Below are positions 52,877-64,000 of a stretch of 64,000 nt of DNA, in pieces; position 1 is the first letter of the stretch; every line of letters starts with the position of its first letter. The position numbers and the translations under genes were made by a program. This DNA comes from Octopus sinensis (Eukaryota). The notes under the pieces were generated by a model. The model worked only from the letters and a program-made list of their open reading frames with translations, was not told where the DNA came from and made no database searches. The stretch spans positions 111,910,001 through 111,974,000 of the forward strand of contig NC_043002.1 of NCBI RefSeq assembly GCF_006345805.1, in the 5' to 3' direction.

Positions 52877-52921
52877 TACACACTCACATACACACACACA
52901 TACATGCGTACACACACATAC

Positions 52922-53795
52922 ACGAGGGTGTACTGAAAAGAAACCAGAATTTGCAATATTTTATTCACTCACTTTCACATGTTTACACTTTTATCGCCTT
53001 CAAAGTGTTCTCCCTTTGAAGTAATGCATCGGTCCAGACGTGTTTTCCACTGTTCCGAGCAGTCCTGGAACTGTCGCAAAGTGATGACTTTTAACGCCTA
53101 CTCGGTTTTTTTTCTTCACCTCTTTCGCATCTGCAAAATCCGTAGCACCAGCTTTTGTTACCAGTGATGACCTTAAAAAGAAAAAAGAAGTCCGGATCAA
53201 CTTCCAACAGTTTTTTCAGTTCACGAAACACATTCAGTTGTGACTGCTTCTGACCGTCCATTAGCAAGCGAGGCACAAATTTTGCTGCAACTCTTCAGAC
53301 GCAATTCCCCGCTCAAACTTCGTTGGCAGGGGCTCCAAGTTCGTTAATTGTTCGGGGACGGTCCTCTAAGATCAATTCTTGAATTTTCATGATGTTTCAT
53401 TCGTTCGGGAGGTCGGCGTTTACCCTGAGCGAAGTTGACCTTCAAGCGACAAGTGACCATTCCTAAAGAGTGAAAACCTTTCGTAAACACTTGTATTTTA
53501 TTCATGGCACAACGTCCTTGTAAGTTGGTTGAAGTATGACGACTGTTTCGATTGCCGTTTCCCTCAGCAGAAAACATTTTCCCGGAAGCACGCTGTTCCT
53601 TCCTTTCAGTTATCGCAAAAAAATCAACGAACAGTGAAGAAGCACTGCAAAACAAAGACGCACCATGTAGCAGTACGAGAGCAGTGGACGGCACCGGTCG
53701 GCAGGCTGATGTCTGAGGATCACTTCAAGTGACTCCTTGTAGCGGTCTGAATTGCAACAGGCTTGTCCCACTGAGAACATTACCGGTTACTTTTG
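52922..53795 (-). mobile_element. Internally deleted mariner element
   Basis: TIR cacgagggtgtactgaaaagaaaccagaat at 52922; minus-strand pieces AAKFVPRLL, FKVITGNKSWCYG, QWKTRLDRCITSKGEHFEGDK; other TIR partial at 53781-53795. Confidence 0.8.
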
Positions 53796-53810
53796 TAATA
53801 TATATATATT

Positions 53811-54222
53811 AGGAGTGGCTGTGTGGTAAATAGCTTGCTAAACAACCACATGGTTCCAGGTTCAGTCCCACTGCGTGGCACCTTGGGCGAGTGTCTTCTG
53901 CTATAGCCCCGGGCCGACCAATGCCTTGTGAGTGGATTTGGTAGACGGAAACTGAAAGAAGCCCGTCGTATATATGTATATATATATGTGTGTGTGTGTA
54001 TATATTTGTGTGTCTGTGTTTGTCCCTCTAGCATTGCTTGACAACCGATGCTGGTGTGTTTACGTTCCCGTCACTTAACGGTTCGGCACAAGAGACCGAT
54101 AGAATAAGTACTGGGCTTACAAAGAATAAGTCCCGGGGTCGATTTGCTCGACTAAAGGCGGTGCTCCAGCATGGCCGCAGTCAAATGACTGAAACAAGTA
54201 AAAGAATAAAAGAAAAAAGAAG
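53811..54222 (+). mobile_element. SINE family B
   Basis: TSD aatatatatatatt at 53797-53810 and 54223-54236. Confidence 0.95.
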
Positions 54223-54236
54223 AATATATATATATT

Positions 54237-55468
54237 ATACTGAAAGGTTCATAGGTTGACTGTGAAGGAGTGATGCTACAGCTGTGAAATTTTGCATGCA
54301 TTAATTTCAAAAGTCATTAATAACTACATCGTTTCTCACCTGGTAAGCTGATACCTGGCTGTTCAAAGACTTCAAAACTAACTCGTAGCGACTTCTCTTG
54401 AAGATGAACAAAATTTGGTATCGTGGCGTTATCAAGTACCTGCAGAAAAAGGGTTTCGCCTCCAGCCCCCAGGAACATTCATGCAGGCAAGGCTGCTACA
54501 TTAGGCGATGACACTCCAGCGTTATCAACAATGCAAAAAAGGGCAGCTGAATTTTGGTGAGGAAGGGAGAGTCTTGAAGAATACCCAAAACAAGGTCGTC
54601 CTGTAACTGCCACCGCCGAAGAAAACATTGATCGTGTTTACCATAATGTGATCGATGACAGGTGATTGACTACCAGTCAAATAGCAAATGTTATTAGCAT
54701 ATCTCGTGGAGAGAGTTAAGAATATTTTGCACAATGAATTTGGCATGACAGAGACTACTGCTCGTTTGGTGCCACGTCTTCTGACACCTGATTAAAAGTG
54801 CACCAAGCTGGTCTGGCATTATTTGAAGCAGATCCAGCTGGGTTAATTGAACGTTTCCTAACCCAGGATGAGTGTTGGGTACATCATTGTGAGCCAGAGA
54901 CAAAGAGACAATCCCTGCAGTGGAAATATCCCATCTCACCTGCTCCAAAAGAGACCAAGGTCGTTTCATATGCAGGAAGGTGATGACCTCAGTTTTATGG
55001 AATGCAAAATGTATTGGGAGTACTATGCCAACTTGCAGAAGTTGTTACGAAAGGCTACCAAGACCAAACGCCCAGTAAAACTGATAAAAGTGGTCTTCTT
55101 TCATCAGGATAATACTCTAGCACGTAAGTCGTCGCTTTCAACGGCTGTTGTGCGTGACCGCAGCTTTGAACTGGTCGACCACGTTCTCTATTCTTCTGAT
55201 TTGGCCCCATCTGACTATCATCGTTCCCCAATACGGAAAAAAAAAAACTAGGCTGGGAACCAGTAGCGTAGTGATAATGATGTCATGTCTGTTGTTGACT
55301 TTTTGACCAGCAGGGCAAAAGCTTCTTCGCAAATGGAATCGAAGCACTGCAACACCAATGGTAGAAGAGTGCGGGCCGCATGGAGACTTTGTTGAAAATA
55401 GACCTCATTTGGTCACATTTCATGAGAGCATCTTGGTCAGTATATGGACTTTTCAGCCGTCTCTTATA
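54237..55468 (+). mobile_element. Degenerate mariner (DD34D) transposon
   Basis: MNKIWYRGVIKYL, GRPVTA, LVPRLLT, FLTQDECWVHH.EPETKRQS.QW, FHQDN...YSSDLAPSDYH (34 residues between the Ds); degenerate TIRs at both ends. Confidence 0.9.
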
Positions 55469-55938
55469 CGTATCTATGGGTATGTCTTTATGTTTGTCCG
55501 TCACTGCTGATTGACAACCGATGTTGGCTTGTTTACGTACTTAGCAGATCGACAAAATTAGACCCAAAGAGTAAGTGACAGGTTTTTTTAAAAATCCTTT
55601 CTATTATAGACACAAAGTCTGGATTTTGTGGGGAGGGTGACAGTCGATCACCTCGACTCCAGTACTCAACTGGTACTTAATTTATCGACCCTGAAAGTCA
55701 CGAGGCAAAAGCAAAAAAAAATAAGAATCAAAGTGTATTGGGATCAATTCCTTCGATTACAGCCCTTCGAGGTGATACCCCCAGTATTGCCGCAGTCCAA
55801 TAACTGAAACAAGTAAAAGATAAAAAGCATATTATAAGCTGATTTTTATCCATTAACCTAAGATAATAGCATCGACACGTTTCCATTGACAAATTATGGT
55901 AAGTAAAACTGGTAAAATATCTCAATAAACGTACGTGC

Positions 55939-56171
55939 AAGGCGGCGAGCTGGCAGAAACGTTAGCACGCCGGGCGAAATTCGTAGCCGTATTTCGTCTG
56001 TCGTTACGTTCCGAGATCAAATTCCGCCGAGGTCGACTTTGCCTTTCATCCTTTCGGGGTCGATAAATAAAGTACCAGTTACGCACAGGGGTCGATGTAG
56101 CCGACTTAATCCCTTTGTCTGTCCTTGTTTGTCCTCTCTGTGTTTAGCCCCTTGTGGGTAGTAAAGAAATA
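55939..56171 (+). mobile_element. SINE family C (tail i)
   Basis: Full length. Confidence 0.95.
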
Positions 56172-56519
56172 TATTTTGTTTATAAGGTTGTTGTTGTTTT
56201 GGCATCGGCGTCGGCCATGGTATTGTTGTTGCTGTTATCGTTGTTGCTGTAGTTGTTGTGGTCGTCTTTGTGTTTGTTATTATTGTTATTGTTGTTATTG
56301 CTGCTTATTCCCAGGTCAACCACGATCAAGTAGCATTACGGCGTAAGGTGCTTCGGCCGTGACTATCCTGAACTTTCTTTCAAAAATTCTTTCTACGACC
56401 ACATCATCGAGTTTCCAAATCCTTTTTTTAAATTTTTTTTATTTATTTTAGAGACGGTAAAATGTTGAGAGAAAGAACGAGAAAGAGGGAGAGAGAAAGA
56501 GAGAGCCTGAAAAAGGACA

Positions 56520-56640
<121 letters not shown>

Positions 56641-56768
56641 AACATATATACACATGTATATGCATATACACATATTTATATATACACATATATACATACC
56701 TGTGTATATTAATGCATATAGACATATAATATACATATGCATATATATGCATGTACATATACATACTT

Positions 56769-57080
56769 GTGGAGGCGCAATGGCCTAGTGGTTAGGGCAG
56801 CGGACTCGCGGTCGTAGGATCGCGGTTTCGATTTCCAGACCGGGCGTTGTGAGTGTTTATTGAGCGAAAACACCTAAAGCTCCACGAGGCTCCGGCAGGG
56901 GATGGTGGTGATCCCTGCTGTACTCTTTCACCACTCTTTCTCCCACTCTTTCTTCTGTTGGCCTGCTCGCTTAGCCAGCAGGGTGGCGTCACTCGAAGGC
57001 TAAAACAATGCGAACGCATTGTGACCAGCGATATGTAACTACATCTAATGGACTGGTCGGTCACGTGATCACGTGTGGTC
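56769..57080 (+). mobile_element. SINE family A head/body with alternative tail (type 2)
   Basis: Same tail as 43040-43345; low-complexity TSD acatatacatac at 56755-56766 and 57081-57092. Confidence 0.9.
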
Positions 57081-57112
57081 ACATATACATACCTATATAT
57101 ATATACATATAT

Positions 57113-57333
57113 AGGCGCAGGAGTGGCTATATAGTGGCTGTGTGGTAAGTAGCTTGCCTACCAACCACATGGTTCCGGGTTCAGTCCCACTGCGTGGCAC
57201 TGCGTCCCACTGCTATAGCCCCGGGCCGACCAATGCCTTGTGAGTGGATTTGGTAGACGGAAACTGAAAGAAGCCTGTCGTATATATGTATATTTATATA
57301 TATATATATTATATATATATTATATATATATAT

Positions 57334-57391
<58 letters not shown>

Positions 57392-57590
57392 TGTGTTTGT
57401 CCACCTAGCATTGCTTGACAACCGATGCTGGTGTGTTTATATCCCCGTTACTTAGCGGTTCGGCAAAAAGAGACCGATAGAATAAGTACTGGGCTTACAA
57501 AGAATAAGTCCCGAGGTCGATCTGCTCGACTAAAGGCGGTGCTCCAGCATGGCCGCAGTCAAATGACTGAAAAAAGTTAAAAATTAAAAA
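57113..57590 (+). mobile_element. SINE family B with small internal rearrangements
   Basis: Extra agtggct duplication and a rearranged CORE-like segment at ~57186-57216. Confidence 0.9.
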
Positions 57591-58038
57591 AAAAAAAATT
57601 GCATATATTATATATATATACAGATATATATGTATATATACACATATATGTATACATTCATATATATTTACATATATATATGTAAATATATATGCATCCA
57701 TATATGCATATAAATATTCATATATATATATATACAGGTATGTACGTATGTTTGTATGTATGTATGTATTTATGTATGTATGTATGTATGTATGTATGTA
57801 TGTATGTACAGCAGATTGATACACACTTGAATCTACGCGGTACGATATTAATACATCTAAGCGAGTTAATCGCAAAAGGTAGTCGGTATTGGGTGAATTA
57901 CACAAACGGGAAGATAATATGGAATATTACACTATGTTGCAGTGCGAGGCCTCTTGACGTTTTGGTGACTCTCCACCTCCTCCGTTGTTTTTTTTAATGA
58001 GATTTTCTTGTTTATCACGCAATATATAGCAATCACTA

Positions 58039-58407
58039 CCCAGTGGTTAGGGCAGCGGACTCGCGGTCATAGGATCGCGGTTTCGATTCCCAGACCGGGC
58101 GTTGTGAGTGTTTATTGAGCGAAAACACCTAAAAGCTCCACGAGGCTCCGGCAGGGGATGGTGGTGATCCCTGCTGTACTCTTTCACCACAACTTTCTCT
58201 CACTCTTACTTCCTGTTTCTGTTGTACCTGTATTTCAAGGGGCCGGCCTTGTCACACTCTGTGTCACGCTGAATATCCCCGAGAACTACGTTAAGGGTAC
58301 ACGTGTCTGTGGAGTGCTCAGCCACTTACACGTTAATTTCACGAGCAGGCTGTTCCGTTGATTCGGATCAACCGGAACCCTCATCGTCGTGACCGACGGA
58401 GTGCTTC
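58039..58407 (+). mobile_element. SINE family A, slightly 5'-truncated
   Basis: Starts at cccagtggttagg. Confidence 0.95.
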
Positions 58408-59349
58408 GATGTAATAACAATCATTGACAAGACCAATTGTTGTTGTATCAATCGGACCAAAATATATGTGTACGTGTTTGTGTGTGCATGTAATCGTGTG
58501 TATATTTCTGTGCTGGTGCATGCGTGGGAACCCACAAATATTAACATGCACTTTTTAATTATTCAGTGGGCCACCTCATAATAATACATATATACATACA
58601 TACATACATGCATACATACATACATACATGTGTGTGTGTATAATATAAATATGTATATATCTATATGTATATGCATATATGTATGCATGTTATGAACCAT
58701 TGTTTCCTCTGTTTTCTAACTGATTTTTATCTCGCAGACCTTCATTCATTCTGTAATTTAGCGAGAAAGAAAAAGAAACAACGGAGACAAATGTTTGAAT
58801 GACGTTAACAATGACAAGTAGATGAGGAGATGATAGCTGGGTTGACTTTAGAGCAACTAAGTCAATGAGGCAAAACACTATCAGACAATATATCTGTTTA
58901 ATCAATTTCTTCCGTCGAAATCGTTGTTAAAAACAGAGAAGGACGACGGATAATAATCAGGCGATAGATATCCTGCTACTTGTTAAGACGTCATCATGCT
59001 GTGTCAGTCTGTGAGAAAATTAAAGAGAATTTTCGCATAAGATCTGAACTACGTTGCTGGCATAACTTGAATGTCTGCAGAAACAGATGGGTGGAGAAAA
59101 AGCACAAAAGAAATAGAAATTTGGACAGGAAATTATAAATAAAAACAAATATTTTCTTTTTAATTTGAAGAACGAAATTGAATCCAGCTTGATGAAATAT
59201 TCCGTATCAGAGAATCTCAATGTTGTTTGTGTTTGTGGTGCACAGGTGAGCAAAAACAATTCGTCTGTTTTAAACTTAAAACATTTTTGGATATAGAAAA
59301 TTACTACTCACTATGTTATATTAATCAAGCTTGTATATTTATGTGTATG

Positions 59350-59790
<441 letters not shown>

Positions 59791-60169
59791 TTCCTATAGT
59801 CATATTTGATACGCCTGAGTGTATTGGAATGTGGTGGGACCTTTAGCTGCGTAGATAGTTCCAGGAGAAAATTCTCTACCTAATCGCGTGAAAATATATT
59901 TTGTGGCTGGAAATAGCGTTATTGGAACCAAATCTGTCCTTCAGAGCCTAAATAAGAACAAAATAATTCTTATTAAACAGCATTCAGAATGTTTGCTGAT
60001 ATGCATATCTCCGCAAGTATTTCCACAGCTTAAAGATCTCATAACGGCCGAATACACTTACACGGATATTTTATATCCAACAATATTTTCATGCAACAAT
60101 ATTTTCTTTTTTAATTCTAGCTTAATTGAGCAACACTCATATCAACAAATATTCTGCATGATGTTTTAA

Positions 60170-60553
60170 TGGAAGCACTCCGTCGGTTACGACGATGAGG
60201 GTTCCGGTTGATCCGAATCAACAGAACAGCCTGCTCGTGAAATTAACGTGTAAGTGGCTGAGCACTCCACAGACACGTGTACCCTTAACGTAGTTCTCGG
60301 GGATATTCAGCGTGACACAGAGAGTGACAAGGCCGGCCCTTTGAAATACAGGTACAAGAGAAACAGGAAATAAGAGTGAGAGAAAGTTGTGGTGAAAGAG
60401 TACAGCAGGGATCACCACCATCCCCTGCCGGAGCCTCGTGGAGCTTTAGGTGTTTTCGCTCAATAAACACTCACAACGCCCGGTCTGGGAATCGAACCGC
60501 GATCCTATGACCGCGAGTCCGCTGCCCTAACCACTGGGCCATTGCGCCTCCAC
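60170..60553 (-). mobile_element. SINE family A
   Basis: TSD atgatgtttta at 60158-60168 and 60555-60565. Confidence 0.95.
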
Positions 60554-61053
60554 TATGATGTTTTATAAGAATAGTTTCGTTCTCGTTTGAGGTGTGACAA
60601 CACTGATTTTAATAACGTACAAAGCGATGCGACGCAGAAACGCATATGTCCTACGATCCAGTGGCCTAATTTACAATTCCAACTACCAAAACAACCGTTT
60701 TCACTCATGTCTAAGAGGAGCATTGTCTCGTAGGACAATCTCCGCAGCTAACGGTCTTATCACATCCGAAACACGTGTAGGTGTGAAATATGACTGTACA
60801 GAAAAATTCTTTTATTCAACACTGTTTCGTGCGATATTATATACGCATGCATATGTTTGTGCGTGTGCATGTGTATGTGTGTGAGTGTGTGCGGCGTATG
60901 TGTGTGCTGCTAGAAAATCAGCCAATATTATGCGTACAGAAAGCTACACAAGTACAGGAACATGCTTCCTATAGTGAACTATCTACGCATGCATAAATGG
61001 AACACAAGTGTCGCAATAAAATAAACACTTTAACAAAAGGACAATTAAAAATA

Positions 61054-62852
61054 CTAGAAGTACCACCTCCGGGCGGTTTTCTGATAACCACTTGATAATA
61101 TTTTCACATTTGATTCCCAGTTCTAATAATTTTTATATTATTTTGCGTCTATTTTTTTCTTTGTATAATAGTGCTCACTTGCTTATTAAATATTGCTTTC
61201 ATTATTTTATCACAATCATAATCTTAAACAGACACCAAAGCAGTCCAACTACGGGGGGAGAAGCAATTTGTCAAGTTTTACTTTCTTCTCAAAGCAGCAT
61301 AGAGATTTTAATTAAGCAACCCAGTGAGTGAGAGAAAAAGAGAGAGGAGGAGGAGACAGAGAACATTGCAAACAATGAATAAAATAAACAGTGAATGTTA
61401 AAATCGTATAAATAAAAGGACATAACTACAGATGTGTATGCCCCGCATTTGTTGCCTCATAACATCCAGAAAAATGGATACTTTTTAACGAAATTTTCAA
61501 CAAATACTGCTTAGATGTTGTGGCTTCAGCGTATTATGGGATTTATGGGAAAGAATATTTCCGAGGAGGGCGGAGAGAGGAGTTTGAGAAAATTCACGTG
61601 ATCCGACTTTTTCCATAACTTCCAAGAACCGAGTATCTTTTAATGAAAGTTTATACAAATACCTTTCAAACGGCATAAATTATGATTATAAAGAAATTTA
61701 CGGCGAAATTTTTCCGAGGGGTGGGGAGAGGGGTTTCGGTAAAACGGAGTTTCGGATCAGGAAGACCAAATAAGTTATAACTACTGATGTTTTGGCTGTT
61801 GTTTCAAGCAATCCCAAAACACCCCTCCTCGTTTTGTTATCACTCTCGCGTGTATTGATGTTTTTCAATATTTTTCCCCATAAATACATTTATATGCTAA
61901 AAAAAGAAAATTTGAGAAATTAAGAATCTTTTGCAACCCCACTCCCTGCCCATGATTGCTTCTGTTTAGAAATTAAAATATTGGAGAGCCGGAGAAAGTT
62001 ATTGCTGGCATTTATCCACAGTGAATTAAAAAGAGTTACATAAACGATAATACATTTTAATAGCATATTTTTCTCTTAGAAAAAAATTTTTTCTCGCACA
62101 CACATACACACACACACAGCTTCGCTTGATTGAGTTGGGGGTAAAAATTTAGATTACAGTTATATTTTTGTTGTTTATATTCCACCAATGGACCACGTGT
62201 GTGTTACTTCGGCATCATCATCCCATAAAATGTGTTTAATAAGAAAGAAATATTGAAAAAAATTCAATACATGTCAGAGTGAAAACGGAGGGTGGTTTGG
62301 GTTGTGCTAGAAACAACAGCGAAACTTCCCCTGAATTGTTTACCTTTTCCTCTGAAAATATTTATATATTTTTTTACCAAAAAGGCTCCTCCCATGGATT
62401 TTATATTAAAAAAGAAAATGGCCAAAATCGATGCGGATGGTTATTATTGTAAGGCTTATAGCGTTCAAAGCAGCCAAAACGACAAAATCACTTAATTATG
62501 TTTACAAAAATTATTCCGGTATATTTAAAAAAAATTTCATTCAATAAATAATGTCTTTACATTACATATACATTAATAGAATAAACTGTCGGTTTTCCAA
62601 ATAGCGAATTAAAACTTGAAATGAAAACATTGAAATAGAAAGGGAGAGACATTGCAAATGAAAATTGAATACTCCACAGTGAATGCAACGAATATTTAAA
62701 TTTGTGAAAAATTGGAGTTCAAAAATTCAATAAAGTTCGTTAATCGAAATTATAGGAAATTTCTTGGAACACGAATTTATAAAATACTTTCCATACTTTT
62801 AGTAATTGTTACATACCTAATTAATAAGCAGCTCTCTTCATTATAATGTGGA
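61054..62852 (-). mobile_element. Putative ~1.8-kb non-autonomous Helitron (second family)
   Basis: Minus-strand 3' end: hairpin accgcc-cgga-ggtggt (61062-61077) then CTAG|T at 61057-61053; candidate 5' end tccacattataatgaagag at ~62852; internal degenerate repeats. Confidence 0.5.
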
Positions 62853-64000
62853 AGTACTCCGTCGGTTACGACGATGAGGGTTCCGGTTGATCCGAATCAA
62901 CAAAACAGCCTGCTCGTGAAATTAACGTGTAAGTGGCTGAGCACTCCACAGACACGTGTACCCTTAACGTAGTTCTCGGGGATATTCAGCGTGACACAGA
63001 GAGTGACAAGGCCGGCCCTTTGAAATACAGGTACAAGAGAAACAGGAAATAAGAGTGAGAGAAAGTTGTGGTGAAAGAGTACAGCAGGGATCACCACCAT
63101 CCCCTGCCGGAGCCTCGTGGAGCTTTAGGTGTTTTCGCTCAATAAACACTCACAACGCCCGGTCTGGGAATCGAAACCGCGATCCTATGACCGCGAGTCC
63201 GCTGCCCTAACCACTGGGCCATTGCGCCTCCACTATGATGTTTTAATAAGAATAGTTTCGTTCTCGTTTGAGGTGTGACAACACTGATTTTAATAACGTA
63301 CAAAGCGATGCGACGCAGAAACGCATATGTCCTACGATCCAGTGGCCTAATTTACAATTCCAACTACCAAAACAACCGTTTTCACTCATGTCTAAGAGGA
63401 GCATTGTCTCGTAGGACAATCTCCGCAGCTAACGGTCTTATCACATCCGAAACACGTGTAGGTGTGAAATATGACTGTACAGAAAAATTCTTTTATTCAA
63501 CACTGTTTCGTGCGATATTATATACGCATGCATATGTTTGTGCGTGTGCATGTGTATGGTGTGAGTGTGGCGGCGTATGTGTGGCTGCTAGAAAATCAGC
63601 CAATATTATGCGTACAGAAAGCTACACAAGTACAGGAACATGCTTCCTATAGTGAACTATCTACGCATGCATAAATGGAACACAAGTGTCGCAATAAAAT
63701 AAACACTTTAACAAAAGGACAATAAAAATACTAGAAGTACCACCTCCGGGCGGTTTTCTGATAACCACTTGATAATATTTTCACATTTGATTCCCAGTTC
63801 TAATAATTTTTATATTATTTTGCGTCTATTTTTTTCTTTGTATAATAGTGCTCACTTGCTTATTAAATATTGCTTTCATTATTTTATCACAATCATAATT
63901 TTAAACAAACATCAAAGCAGTCCAACTACGGAGGGAGAAGCAATTTGTCAAGTTTTACTTTCTTCTCAAAGCAGCATAGAGATTTTAATTAAGCAACCCA
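62849..64000. repeat. Duplicate of 60170-61323 (SINE A + unique flank + Helitron 3' end at 63731), runs off the window
   Basis: About 7 substitutions and 5 one-base indels by eye; offset 2677-2680 bp. Confidence 0.95.

Overview
Eukaryotic, AT-rich, repeat-saturated DNA with no prokaryotic features. The SINE families and dense compound microsatellites look like those of coleoid cephalopods (probably Octopus); this is inference from pattern recognition. No complete protein-coding gene is visible, and almost every ORF in the supplied track is a microsatellite or SINE translation artefact. The window holds about 35 copies of three tRNA-headed SINE families (called A, B and C here) with interchangeable 3' tails. 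DNA transposons: a Tc1-like element with DD36E spacing, two mariners, a decayed piggyBac and several MITE/foldback elements. There are two Helitron families. LINEs: R4/Dong-like restriction-like-endonuclease (REL) elements stacked in an (AAT)n tract, plus an RTE 3' fragment. Penelope-type terminal repeats carry minimal type I hammerhead ribozyme folds with a shared CCGANGA core variant; one pair forms a 157-bp palindrome. Also present: a recent duplication at the right end with a ~2.68-kb offset, whose junction joins a SINE tail to a putative Helitron 5' end; a locally templated piggyBac fragment; and a tentative chain of three phase-compatible + strand exons. All coordinates and mismatch counts were read by eye.
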